Positions 49,065 through 62,329 of a stretch of DNA of 64,000 bases are shown one piece after another. The translations under genes were made by a program, and so were the position numbers. Every line of letters begins with the position of its first letter. Position 1 is the stretch's first letter. Source of the stretch: Octopus sinensis (lineage: Eukaryota); NCBI RefSeq assembly GCF_006345805.1, contig NC_043000.1, positions 134,726,001 through 134,790,000 of the forward strand. The letters are read 5' to 3'. The notes beneath the pieces were generated by a model, which was given only the letters and a program-made list of their open reading frames with translations, was not told the DNA's origin and searched no databases.

Positions 49065-49510
49065 ATAATAATAATAATGAAATTATTGTATACAGTGCTC
49101 AGGTGCACCACAACTTGTCAAAAGTGCGTATAAAGTATATGCAGTAATATACAAATGTCTGGGAAGTGAACAGTGTATGAGTCAGATACATGCTTGCGTG
49201 TGTATGGAGGGGAGAAAATCAGGTGTAGCGTTGGCGAATCTCAGGAAGCATGGAAGTTTTGAATGATGCAGTGCTCCGACAACTAACAACTGATGCCGGC
49301 AGTTTGTTCCATGCTTCAGCAACTCTTAGCGTGAAAAAATGTTTCCGAAAGTCATGGGAGCTGTGCTGTTTTCTGACTTTGTAAACATGTCCACGGGTGT
49401 TTTAGACAGGTGGAGTTTGAAAAGGTGCTCAGAGTTATTGCTAGTAAGATGGTTAATAATTTTATGGGTGTCTGCCAAGTCAGCTGCCAGACATCGGAGT
49501 TTCAATATTG
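49065..49510 (-). mobile_element. CR1 LINE 3' fragment
   Basis: Reverse complement of 44990-45430. Confidence 0.85.
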
Positions 49511-49652
49511 TGTGTGAAACAAATAATCTTTTTCAGTGTAACGTTTCTTTTGTAGTTCAGTAAATATGAAAATGTAATTGATAGCTTTTTTTATTCAGGT
49601 GACCAAATTAGTAGTAAACCTCTTGTGAAAGTGACTCTATGAATATATATGA

Positions 49653-50280
49653 CAGTGCTTTTCAAACTTTTTGCTGGAGCGGAACCCCAAGGAAACATTC
49701 CACTGGCTCGAGGAACCCCTGTGCAATAATTTAATAGTCTTATGCACACATAGGCGCAGGAGTGGTTGTGTGGTAAGTAGCTTGCTAACCAACCACATGG
49801 TTCCGGGTTCAATCCCACTGCGTGGCATCTTGGGCAAGTGTCTTCTGCTATAGCCCCGGGCCGACCAAAGCCTTGTGAGTGGATTTGGTAGACGGAAACT
49901 GAAAGAAGCCTGTCGTATATATGTATATATATATAAGTGTGTGTGAATATGTTTGTGTTGTTCCCCTAGCATTGCTTGACAACCGATGCTGGTGTGTTTA
50001 CATCCCCGTCACTTAGCGGTTCGGCAAAAGAGACCGATAGAATAAGTACTGGGCTTACAAAGAATAAGTCCCGGGGTCGATTTGCTCGACTAAAGGCGGT
50101 GCTCCAGCATGGCCGCAGTCAAATGACTGAAACAAGTAAAAAGAGTAAAAAAAAGAGTATATCTGCACAGGAGAATTAAAAACTACTGCCGATTTTAGCA
50201 GTTTTGTAACTTCTTGCGGAACCCCTGGACTGTACTGGTGGAACCCTAAGGTTCTGCGGAACCCTGGTTGAAAACTACTG
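49653..50280. mobile_element. hAT (Charlie-like) MITE containing a family-1 SINE (49752-50150)
   Basis: CAGTGCTTTTCAA / TTGAAAACTACTG termini; perfect 8-bp TSD ATATATGA (49645-49652, 50281-50288). Confidence 0.85.
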
Positions 50281-50452
50281 ATATATGACTCGAGAAGGAA
50301 CTTATTTTTAAATGTTTATGAATAGGTATGTGGCCACATGTGAATGTGTGTTTGCTTGTGTATGTATGTGTGTGCGTATGTTTGCATATATGTATGTGCA
50401 TATGTGTGTATACTGGTATTTTTACATATATGTCTGTATATACGTATGTATA

Positions 50453-50663
50453 TGAGGGTCCTCCTAAAAGTTCCTGGCTTTAAGGGTATCATGAAAGACC
50501 TGAGCGGAGGCCTAACCTCTGAGTTCTTTTACAGAACTTCGAAAAGCTGAAAGACTGCTGCAATAAGTGTGTGAATCTGAGAGAGGAATATGTAGAATAA
50601 AATCATAACTGATCCTCCTGTATTTTCCTTTACCCAAAGCCAGGAACTTTCAGCACTCCCTTG
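50453..50663 (+). mobile_element. Mariner-derived MITE
   Basis: TA-flanked imperfect TIRs sharing AAAGTTCCTGGCTTT; retains the transposase C-terminus (CCNKCVNLRGEYVE*). Confidence 0.75.
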
Positions 50664-50686
50664 TATAAGTTTGTAAAACTGTATGC

Positions 50687-50732
<46 letters not shown>

Positions 50733-51220
50733 TTGGGCGTGTGTCTTTGAGTGTTCTATTTTTTCTGTCTATGTATATCAAAGAAGCAGTTTTCAAGAGT
50801 TAACCTTGCAATAGTAAATAGAAAACACTTGAAAAAAAAAAAACCAAACAAACAAACCCTGAAACCTTTAGATTTAGTAAAGATTAGTCGAGAAGCAGTA
50901 GGATTAGATTTAGCTTCAAGCTGATGTCATTAGAGATTAAACCAATGACAGATTTTGAAGAGGATTATAGTGACACAAGCACCTGAAATAGGGCTTAAAA
51001 TAATATTTCTTGTTTTTGAAGTTTACATACATACAAACATACATACAAACATACATGCATGAATACATACACATATATATATTATATACATAGATGTATG
51101 CATATATGTATGTATGTAGGTGTATGTATAAGTATATATATTATATACATACATACATCTATGTATATAATATATATATATGTGTATATAATATATATAT
51201 GTATATATATATATTATATA

Positions 51221-51290
<70 letters not shown>

Positions 51291-51293
<3 letters not shown>

Positions 51294-52335
51294 GGTGCGG
51301 TGAATAAATTGTCATCTAAATTACGCAAAATTAAAATAACACTGACATCTCATTTTAACAGATATATTTACCAAAATTATATTAAAATACTAAAGAGTAA
51401 ATTCACTTAATAAAATCAGCATTGGCTTCAACCACACCCTCCAGATGACTTCGGAATCTTCTGGACAATCTCCTTGTTTAAGTTGGTGAATGATGCCATA
51501 ATCCTTGCCTGCAGTTCATCTTTGGTGTTACAAGGAGTTTTATTGGTCTCTCGCTCAACTAACACCCAACACATAATAACCAAGGAGATTGCAGTCTGGG
51601 GAGTTAGGTGGCCAAAATTTTAGGAGTGATGTGGTCGCAGAAATTGTCTGACAGCCATGACTGGGCTCTCCTGCTTGTGTGACATGGTGCAGACCCAAGG
51701 CAGCACTACCTCCTCCAGGCACTTGATGTAGGCCTATGTGTTGAGTCTGAGGCCATGTGGGAAGATGAATGGAGGCATAACGTTGCCATCACTAGTGATC
51801 ACTCCAAGCACCATGATATTGACTAGATGGTTGATTTTTATCACTCTCAGTACATGTTTTGGGGATATGGCAAGCCAATTGTTGTTCTGTGTGTTCTTGT
51901 CTGAAAAAACCAAAGCATGTTCGGTGGGAGGGGATGCTTGAGTTTGTTCAAAAGCTTCATAGCATGGCTTTTCCTCTTGTCTTTGATAGCTTGGGATAAA
52001 AATTGGCTCTTTTCCATCTTGTAAGAGGAATACTGAATGTCTTCACGTACTACTTGCCTGATAAGAAACTCAGACACTCCCATGTCCCTGGAGGTAGACC
52101 TGATTGACTTAAAGGGATCGTTGTCAGTCATAGCCTGGATCTCACCAACAAATTAAAAAGTTCTTTTCTTAACAGACCAATCAGAGTGAGTTTTCTGAGT
52201 GCTGTACCTTTGTGATCATCATTAGACTCATCCAAATCTTTCCAAAACCTTTGCACTGTCCTCAGATTGACACCCAAACACTCTGAAATGTTTGTATTGG
52301 AGCTTCTGGTACAAAGGCCAATTAGTACAGCATGT
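51291..52335 (-). mobile_element. Degenerate Tc1/mariner-superfamily element (maT-like DDxD)
   Basis: TA|CAGGGTGCGGTGAATAAA terminus; DPFKSIRSTSRDMGVS, WPPNSPDCN. Confidence 0.78.
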
Positions 52336-52496
52336 TGTTTTCAAATTTCTGGCAGAGTGAATTGTGTCATAGTGGTGTTTTCCTCACAGATGGTGCCCAA
52401 CTGACCCTACTATACTGTGTAGTCGACAAAATCAAAAACAAGCAATTCGCATGCACGAAATTAAAAACAAAATGACAATTTACCCATCGCACCATG

Positions 52497-52530
<34 letters not shown>

Positions 52531-52586
52531 AGCACACACTCACACACAGATATACACATGCATATTTATATATATATTTATATATC

Positions 52587-53030
52587 ATCATCATCATCAT
52601 CATTTAACGTCCGATTTCCATGCTAGCATAGGTTGGATGATTTGACTGAGGACTGGCGAACCAGATGGCTGCACCAGGCTCCAATCTTTCTACACCTGGA
52701 TGCCCTTCCTAATGCCAACCACTCCGAGAGTGTAGTGGGTGCTTTTACGTGCCACTGGCACGGAGGCCAGTCAGGCAGTACTGGCAATGACCTCACTCGA
52801 ATGTCTTTTCATGTGCCACCGGCACACATGCCAATTAGGCTGGTAACGATCACGCTCAAATGGTGCCTTTTACGTACCATCAGTATGGAAGCCAGTTAGC
52901 TGCTCTGGCAACAATCACGCTCGGATGGCACTCTTAGCACCCCACTAGCACGGGGCAAAAGTGCCAGTAAGGTGACACTGGTAACGATCACACTTGAATG
53001 GTGCCTTTTACTTGCCATTCGAATATATAT
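52587..53030 (-). mobile_element. RTE 3'-end fragment
   Basis: Conserved tail plus reiterated UTR units. Confidence 0.8.
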
Positions 53031-53162
53031 ATCAGAAAGGAACTCTATCTCACTCAAAATATCTTTTGATAAGCATAACAAATGCGCAACTGGTAAAAAG
53101 AACTTTCACCTAATTAAATACACTCTCCCTTACTTAAATTATTTTGTCAGCATTTTCTTCAT

Positions 53163-55035
53163 CAACTTCTACCACGTTCCAGGGAGACAAACTAGAAGTA
53201 GTTGATAGCTTCCGCTACCTAGGAGACCAAGTCAGTAGCGGGGGTGGGTGTGCTGAAAGTGTAACTGCTAGAGTAAGAATAGCCTGGGCAAAGTTTAGAG
53301 AGCTCTTACCCCTGCTGGTGACAAAAGGCCTCTCGCTAAGAGTAAAAGGCAGACTATATGATGCGTGTGTACGTACAGCCATGCTACATGGTAGTGAAAC
53401 ATGGGCCGTGACAGCTGAGGATATGCGTAAGCTTGCAAGAAATGAAGCCAGTATGCTCCGATGGATGTGTAATGTCAGTGTTCATAATCGTCAGAGTGTA
53501 AGTACTTTGAGAGAAAAGTTGAACCTAAGAAGTGTCAGTTGTGGTGTGCAAGAGAGACGGCTGCGCTGGTATGGTCATGTGACGAGAATGGCTGAAGATA
53601 GTTGTGTGCAAAAGTGCTACACCCTAGCAGTTGAGGGAACCTGTGGAAGAGGTAGACCCAGGAAAACCTGGGACGAGGTGGTGAAGCACGACCTTCGAAC
53701 TTTAGGTCTCACCAAGGAAATGACTGAAGACCGAGTCCTATGGAAGTGTGCTGTGCATGAGAGGACCCGGCAGGACTAGTCAGGCCATATCCCGTGGCCC
53801 CTACCTGGGACGTAGTCGATCCACCTGTGCATACCTTCCTTCTTGTGACACTTGTGAAGACCTGCTGAGGCAAGTGAAAATCAATCAAAATAGATGAACA
53901 TCAATGGAATTTGTATCTTTGTGGTACCAGTGCCTGTGGCACACAAGAAAACCATCCGAACGTGGCCGTAGCCAGTACCGCGTCGACTCGCCTCCGTGAT
54001 GTGGGAACATGGTGGCACATAAAAACACCATCCAAAGACCCGGCAAGACTAGTCAGGTCATAACCCGTGGGCCCTACCTGGGACGTAGTCAGTCCACCTG
54101 TACATACCTTCCTTCTTGCGACACTTGTGAAGACCTGTTGAGGCAAGTGAAAATCAAAACAAATCAAAATAGATGAACATCAATGGAATTTGTATCTTTG
54201 TGGTACCAGTGCCGGTGGCACACAAGAGAAAACCATCCGAAAGTGGCCGTAGCCAGTACCGCATCGACTGGCCTCCGTGCTGTGGGCACATGACAAACAC
54301 CATCCGATCGTGGCCGTTCGCCAGCCTCATCTAGCACCTGTGTCGGTGGCACATAAAAACACTTGTGAAGACCTGCTGAGGCAAGTGAAAATCAAATCAA
54401 ATCAAAACAAATCAAAATAGATGAACATCAATGGAATTTGTATCCTTGTGGTACCAGTGCCGGTGGCACACAAGAATCCATCCGAACGTGGCCGTAGTCA
54501 GTACCGCTTGTGGTACCAGTGCCGGTGGCACACAAGAATCCATCCGAACGTGGCCGTAGTCAGTACTGCTTGTGGTACCAGTGCCGGTGGCACACAAGAA
54601 TCCATCCGAACGTGGCCGTAGTCAGTACCGCATCACTGGCCATCGTGCTGTGGGCACATAACAAACACCATCTGGTCGTGGCCGTTCGCCAGCCTCATCT
54701 AGCACCTGTGTCGGTGGCACATAAAAAGTAGTCAGTACCGCTTGTGGTACCAGTGCCGGTGGCACACAAGAATCCATCCGAACATGGCCATAGTCAGTAC
54801 CGCATCACTGGCCATCGTGCTGTGGGCACATAACAAACACCATCCGGTTGTGGCCGTTCGCCAGCCTCATCTAGCACCTGTGTCGGTGGCACATAAAAAC
54901 ACCTTCCGAAGACCCGGCAAGACTAGTCAGGCCATAAACCATGGCCCCTACCTGGGACGTAGTCAGTCCACCTGTGCATACCTTCCTCCTTGTGATACTT
55001 GTGAAGGCCTGTTGAGGCAAGTGAAAATCAAAATC
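53163..55035 (+). mobile_element. Young RTE LINE fragment, left arm of the inverted duplication
   Basis: Open ORF2 C-terminus to the stop at 53779, followed by UTR modules. Confidence 0.92.
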
Positions 55036-56947
55036 AGATGAGGCTGGCGAACGGCCATGATCGGATGGTGTTTGTTACGTGCCCACAGCACGGAGGCCGG
55101 TCGATGCGGAACTGGCTACGGCCACGTTCGGATGGTTCTCTTGTGTGCCACCGGTACTGGTACCACAAAGTGTGTGCCACCGGCACTGGTACCACAAAGA
55201 TACAGATTCCATTGATGTTCATCTATTTTGATTTGTTTTGATTTTGATTTTGATTTTCACTTGCCTCAACAGGTCTTCACAAGTGTCACAAGAAGGAAGG
55301 TATGCACAGGTGGACTGACTACGTCCCAGGTAGGGGCCATGGGTTATGGCCTGACTAGTCTTGCCGGTCTTCGGATGGTGTTTTTATGTGCCACCGACAC
55401 AGGTGCTAGATGAGGCTGGCGAACGGCCACGATCGGATGGTGTTTGTCATGTGCCCACAGCACGGAGGCCAGTCGATGCGGTACTGGCTACGGCCACTTT
55501 CGGATGGTTTTCTCTTGTGTGCCACCGGCACTGGTACCACAAAGATACAAATTCCATTGATGTTCATCTATTTTGATTTGTTTTGATTTTCACTTGCCTC
55601 AACAGGTCTTCACAAGTGTCGCAAGAAGGAAGGTATGTACAGGTGGACTGACTACGTCCCAGGTAGGGCCCACGGGTTATGACCTGACTAGTCTTGCCGG
55701 GTCTTTGGATAGTGTTTTTATGTGCCACCATGTTCCCACATCACGGAGGCGAGTCGACGCGGTACTGGCTACGGCCACGTTCGGATGGTTTTCTTGTGTG
55801 CCACAGGCACTGGTACCACAAAGATACAAATTCCATTGATGTTCATCTATTTTGATTGATTTTCACTTGCCTCAGCAGGTCTTCACAAGTGTCACAAGAA
55901 GGAAGGTATGCACAGGTGGATCGACTACGTCCCAGGTAGGGGCCACGGGATATGGCCTGACTAGTCCTGCCGGGTCCTCTCATGCACAGCACACTTCCAT
56001 AGGACTCGGTCTTCAGTCATTTCCTTGGTGAGACCTAAAGTTCGAAGGTCGTGCTTCACCACCTCGTCCCAGGTTTTCCTGGGTCTACCTCTTCCACAGG
56101 TTCCCTCAACTGCTAGGGTGTAGCACTTTTGCACACAACTATCTTCAGCCATTCTCGTCACATGACCATACCAGCGCAGCCGTCTCTCTTGCACACCACA
56201 ACTGACACTTCTTAGGTTCAACTTTTCTCTCAAAGTACTTACACTCTGACGATTATGAACACTGACATTACACATCCATCGGAGCATACTGGCTTCATTT
56301 CTTGCAAGCTTACGCATATCCTCAGCTGTCACGGCCCATGTTTCACTACCATGTAGCATGGCTGTACGTACACACGCATCATATAGTCTGCCTTTTACTC
56401 TTAGCGAGAGGCCTTTTGTCACCAGCAGGGGTAAGAGCTCTCTAAACTTTGCCCAGGCTATTCTTACTCTAGCAGTTACACTTTCAGCACACCCACCCCC
56501 GCTACTGACTTGGTCTCCTAGGTAGCGGAAGCTATCAACTACTTCTAGTTTGTCTCCCTGGAACGTGGTAGAAGTTGGTCTCTGCACATTTCCAGTGTTT
56601 ATTTCTCTTGAGCATCTGCCACAGACAAAAACTATTTTCTTAGTTAGCCTTCCTTTGACATTGCTGCACCTCTTATGTGTCCATAGCTTACACTTGGTGC
56701 ACCTTATAGAGTTTCTACCTACACCTTTTTTACAGATCGAGCAGGGCCATCTACCTGAAGTCGTTTGTGGTTGGTTCACCTTCCTACTTATTAGGACTTT
56801 GGTTTTGGCTAGGTTGATTCTAAGGCCCTTCGATTCTAATCCTTGTTTCCACACCTGAAACTTCTCCTCCAGTTCTGATAGTGACTCAGCAATTAGAGCA
56901 AGGTCATCAGCATATAGGAGCTCCCAGGGGCATCCTGTCTTAAATTC
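55036..56947 (-). mobile_element. Young RTE LINE fragment, right arm
   Basis: Frame open from 56947 (EFKTGCPWELLYADDL) to the stop at 55961, about 328 aa; includes a CxxC-rich stretch. Confidence 0.93.
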
Positions 56948-56948
56948 T

Positions 56949-56985
<37 letters not shown>

Positions 56986-57144
56986 GTTTATGTGTTTGTG
57001 CTTGACAACCAATGCTGGTGTGTTTACATGCCCGTAACTTAGCGGTTCGGCAAAAGAGACCGATAGAATAAGTACTAGGCATACAAAGTCCTGGGGGTGA
57101 TTTGCTCGACTAAAGTCAAATGACTGAAACAAGTAAAAGAGTAT

Positions 57145-57450
57145 TATGTGGAGGTGCAATGGCCAGTGGTTAGGGCAGCGGACTTGTGGTCGTAGGATCG
57201 CGGTTTCGATTCCCAGACTGGGCGCTGTGAGTGTTTATTGAGCGAAAACACCTAAAGCTCCACGAGGCTCCAGCAGGGAGTGGTGGTGATCCCTGCTGTA
57301 CTCTTTCACCGCAACTTTCTCTCACTCTTTTTTCTGTTGGCCTGCTTGCTTAGTCAGCGGGGTGGCATCATTTGAAGGCTAAAACAATGCGAAGTGCATT
57401 GTGACCAGCGATGTGTAGCAACATCTGATAGCCTGGTCGGTCACGGTGAT
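57145..57450 (+). mobile_element. SINE family 3 variant
   Basis: Same tRNA-like head as 21035. Confidence 0.78.
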
Positions 57451-58371
57451 ATATATATATATACATGTATATATATATATATGTTTGTGGATGTATGTGT
57501 GTGTATACACACAAACACACACATACACACACATATATATATATACATACACACACACACAAGATGACTTTGCCTTTCATCCTTTCGGTGTCAATAAATT
57601 AAGTACCAGTTGTGTACTCGTGTCGATCTAATCGACTGGTCCCCTACCACGAAATTTCGGGCCTTGTGCCTAGAGTAGAAAAGTAGGATCTTTTCAAAGA
57701 TCTGAAAAGTATATATATAATATATTTTATTCTTTTATTTGTTTCAGTCATTTGACTGTGGTCAAGTTGGCGCACCACCTTGAAAGGTTTTTAGTCAAAG
57801 AAATCATTTCCAGGACTTTGTAAACCTAGTGCTTATTCTATTGATATCTTTTGCCAAATTGCTAAGTTATGGAGATATAAACACACCAGCATCGGTTGTC
57901 AAGTGATGGTGAGAAGATAAACACAGGCACACACACATAAATCATTATTTAACATCTGTTGTCCATGCTGGCATGGGTTGGATGGCTTTGACCAGCACTG
58001 GCAAGCTGGAAGGCTGCGCCAGACTCCAGTCTGATTTGGCATGGTTTTCTATGGTTGGATGCTCTTACTAATGCCGACTACTTTGTGGGTGTAATGGGTG
58101 CTTTTATGTGCCACTGGTACGGGTGCCATTTGCATGACACCAGTATCTGCCATGACTTTGATTTTGCTTGGCTTGATGGGTCTTCTTCTCAAGCATGGCA
58201 TAATGCCAAAGGTCTTGGTCATTCCTCATTGCCTGCATGAGGCCCAACTACAATGGGGTTCTTTTTGTTTCTGGGTTTCGTGCAGTGGGGCTGAAATTGG
58301 AACCATGTGGTTGGGAAGCAATTATACACACTTACATGCACATGTATGCATATGTGTGTGTGCATACACAT

Positions 58372-58765
58372 CATCATCATCATCATTTAACGTCCGCTTT
58401 CCATGCTAGCATGCTAGGTCCTATTATTTCTGTGACTGAGGACTGGCGAACCAAAAGTCTGCACCAGGCTCCAATCTGATCTGGCAGAGTTTCTACAGCT
58501 GGTTGCCCGTCCTAACACCAACCACTCCGAGAGTGTAGTGGGTGCTTTTACGTGCCACCGGCACGAGGGCCAGTCTGGCGGTACTGGCAACGGCCATGCC
58601 CGGAATGGTGTTTTTTTACGTGCCACCTGCATAGGAATCAGTCCAGCGGCACTGGCAACGACCACGCTCGAATGCGTTGGCAACGACCTCGCTCGAATGC
58701 ACTGGCAACGACCTCGCTCGAATGCACTGGCAACGACCTCGCTCGAATGCACTGGCAACGACCTC
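58372..58765 (-). mobile_element. RTE 3' end with a 25-bp tandem array
   Basis: GCACTGGCAACGACCTCGCTCGAAT repeated about 4.7 times at 58649-58765. Confidence 0.82.
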
Positions 58766-59329
58766 AATTTTGAGCACATTGAAATAATTTTTCCTCATAT
58801 AACAGTTTCATCCAGTTGGATACAAAAGTGTCTGTTTTGAAAACATTAGTCTACTCAGGACAGTTTTCTGTTCTACTCTCAATGACTGCTAGTTACAGAG
58901 GTATTCTGTTTTTGTTTTTTGCCCTGCCTCAAGATAAAAGAAAAAACCCCTCGAAAGTAAGGAGTTTCTAGTGGAAGACTTGCTGCCAGGCAAGATCGTG
59001 CATTATGTAACAGAATTTTATTCCTTTCTTTCACTCTATAAACATATGATACAGCCCCAAATAATACATAATTTATACATATTTATATTATTTGTTACAT
59101 AATTTATATTATTTGTTGAGCACTATTGGGGAAAAACACTAAGTTAAAGCTAATTTTGATGGACCCTAATTTCTACTTGCGAAATTTGATATCTTAATTT
59201 CATTAAAAGAAAAATCACATCGTTTCTTTGTGTATTTATTAATATGTTGACTGTATTTCAACTTCTTTTGTCAGAACATAAAATTGTGAATAATGAAATT
59301 ATTAATAATTTGAGATATAATAATTTTAA

Positions 59330-59897
59330 CAGTGAACAGGTCGCGGATTTTAGCGACGAAAATATTTTTTCACATATTAAACTTAAATGTTGAAGTGAAT
59401 CGAACGTCTATTGTGTGTTTCTTAAATGGCTTACGCTGCAATAATTTTAACAGTTTTCCTAAAAATACCAGAAGTTTTCCTGTTCAACCTAATTCGCGAC
59501 GTCAGAATGAATCTTATTTTCCGGTCCGTGGATAACGGTTAATCTCTCATAACGACAGTTTATGTCTTTCTTTAAAATATATCAATAGCCATAGATAACA
59601 AACAGATTAAATAAATTCAAAGTTTAATTGATTGCGCTCCTCCTGTTTATTAAGCACATCGGAATCATGTGTTAAATGCCAAAATTTTTTTCCTTGACAT
59701 TCAGTTTTGCTGTGGGATGTATAAATCCATTTCGAATAAGTGTTTCTAATTTCTGAATTTCCTCATCTTTTAAGACGGGCAAATCGGCAAAAATTAAGAG
59801 AAACCACACGCAGCAAGAAGTAATTAAACAGTGTTAGCAGGTGTGTGTAGTTCTTCATACTAAGGAGACTGATTCGGTTGCCAACTGCGTGGAAAGT
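59330..59897. promoter_or_regulatory. CpG-retaining putative promoter / 5' UTR
   Basis: Unique, CpG-rich relative to background. GCGACGTCAG (CRE-like) and TTTTCCGGT (ETS-like) near 59496-59526. Confidence 0.4.
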
Positions 59898-59996
59898 ATG
59901 ATTGCGTGCATCCGTCACTTATTGGTCGCGTCAGTGCGTTACAGCATTTCGCGCAATCTACATGTACGGTCACAGTTCTTTCGCTCTTTAAAGCAG
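59898..59996 (+). CDS. Candidate first coding exon of an unidentified, probably mitochondrial, protein
   Basis: AGTATGA start context. 33 codons, MIACIRHLLVASVRYSISRNLHVRSQFFRSLKQ (5 R, 1 K, no D/E). Ends at CAG|GTTAGT donor (59997) within a CpG-rich unique region. Confidence 0.55.
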
Positions 59997-61681
59997 GTTA
60001 GTACGGTTTCACTACTTTCAATATCTGAAAAAAAAAAAAAATATTTTCTTACAGTGTTTTTCTTTTAATTTATAAACAGCTTTTCGTTCAATTCACTTCT
60101 GTGACTTTCCTTCATTAACTTATAGGTCCTATTATTTCTCCTTATTTTATTTCTTTCTTTTTCTTTTAGAATTTATACATTTGAAGTAGTTCAAATATCA
60201 TTATATATCATTATGTACTCAATATATATGTTAGAACTTACTCGTTCAACTCGTGAAAGCTAGTTTGCCTAAATGTAAACAACCTTCCGAATGCTGTTTT
60301 GAGACGAGTTGAGGGGGTGGGGCAGTGTTTCGTAATATTTTTTTTTTTGCCTTAGTGTCAACGAAGTTGTGTCTTTTTAAAAATGCAATATTTCATATTT
60401 ACCAGTGAGCCAGTCTCTAAGTGGACTTCGATCTGTTAGATACAACAGTCAAATCTCCCTCAAACCATATCTTACTGTCTTTAAAAAAAAAAAAGAAAAG
60501 AAAAAGAAATGATCTAAGTGGACATATATACCACTAAAAGTACAGATGGTCACGGTTGAAATGCTTTTGTCCGTCAGCCTTCGTCTGGAACTAAACAAAG
60601 ACAAAAAAAAAAAACTAAAAAAAACAATGATCCTCATTTTTTTATCAGCCTCCTACGTGGTGGTGGCTCGAACTGCTAGAATTATTCGCTAAATTTCTCT
60701 CAATTCACATCATTGAATTAAAAGGACGGGATGGTCATCGCTTGAATACTTTTGGCTCTCAAGCTTACTCGACCGAGACAGACTTTGGACTCAAAAACAA
60801 TAACCTCGTATTTATAATAGAAAATGTACTGTTGAATTTGAAATGGTTGTAATTTGGAAGCAGTACTTTAACCACGAGCTTATGTCGCTTACATAAGCTT
60901 TATGTAAAAACGAAGAGAAATAAAACAGTAGTTTTCGTTTAAATGAAAAACGGTCTATTTTTTTTTAATTCCAGAAAATAACAAGTAATTTAAGTAATTG
61001 ATTTATCTCGATTTTCAACCCCGAAGTGTTAGATATTGCCGCAAATAATCGGTACATGAAATAAATCCTTTTTCTCTATTTATGATTCACTGGCTCCAAT
61101 AATTTTCACTTTAATTCCATATATCCTTTTTCTAAGAATGATAAAAACGAAAGAAAAAAATATATAAATAACCCAATGTAATCTTTATACAAAATACATA
61201 CATTTTTTTGGCTGTTATATAAGCAGGCAAGTTTAAAGCATCACTTTTAATATTTTGAAATGTTTTGTCGCTTTCTTGTTTAAGTTTTATTAACGTAATC
61301 CAATATATGTATGTGATATTTTTCCAATACTTAAATTCGTCCTTGAGATACAATGCATTTTATCATATAACCAGTGTGCGTGTGTGTATATTTTAAAGGG
61401 TGTTAGTTGTACAAACTAAATGAAGTAGAGAATCGAGATTGCGGACGAATTCTTTAAAAAAACCTCCACGATATTGGTGTAATTGTTTTTCACTTAAAAG
61501 CTAAACGGGATTTTTCATATAAATGAATGGGGAACCATGACAATCTTATGGTATTGGCGAACAAAAGTGGGCTGTATGTAGACTGTTGGGACTTTTAGTA
61601 GTTAGCATGAAGTAAAATATATTTGTAGTTGGAGGGTTTTTTAAAAAATTCTTATTCCCATTTGACGCCCAACTTTCCAAT

Positions 61682-61850
61682 ATAGTAATCCCTCTCCATA
61701 TCGCGGTTTACCTATCGAGCACTCAGTACGTCGCGGTTCACCTATCGCACACTCAGTACATCGCGGATTTTTCTGGCTAATATATGTAAATTTATATCGC
61801 GGACTCCTCAGTATATTCGGGTTTCTGCGGTCGATAGGTATTTATATTTT
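61682..61850. mobile_element. Tigger/pogo-like MITE fragment
   Basis: TAGTAATCCCTCTCCATATCGCGG terminus; 30-bp tandem duplication. Confidence 0.5.
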
Positions 61851-62329
61851 TTAGATTTTAATTATTTCTATGGGAGGTTTTGGAACGTAACACCTGCGAT
61901 AGTATCCATATGTGTTTATAAGCTTTATAAATTTAGTCAATTGTGCATGAATTTTTGGCGATGCCGAATAGGAGTTTCCATATTTGGTAGTTATGTAACT
62001 TGGCGAAGGTAAAGAATACACACACTCGGCGGTTAGGGGTTTAGGGTTAGTTTTAGGGTTAGAGTTACGCCGAAAACAGGTGGTGTGCGTATTCTTTATC
62101 ACCGCCTTGTAACTTTATACATTTCTAATTAATTGGGATAAAAAGGAGGTAAAGATGCAGTTCTAACATTTGATGTCTTCACAAAGAGTTCTGTTAGTAT
62201 GCTGTTCAATGTAGTTCTGCCTTCAAAGTGTTATAGAAGTCGTTGATCAAATTTACCACTGGTTTCTCCATAAGCCGTTATGATAAACCCTATCAAATGC
62301 CTTTAATAATGTCGATATAAATATTATTA

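Noticed and set aside
62025-62065. TTAGGG telomere-like repeats
   Set aside because: Only about 3 interrupted units within a probable transposon fragment.
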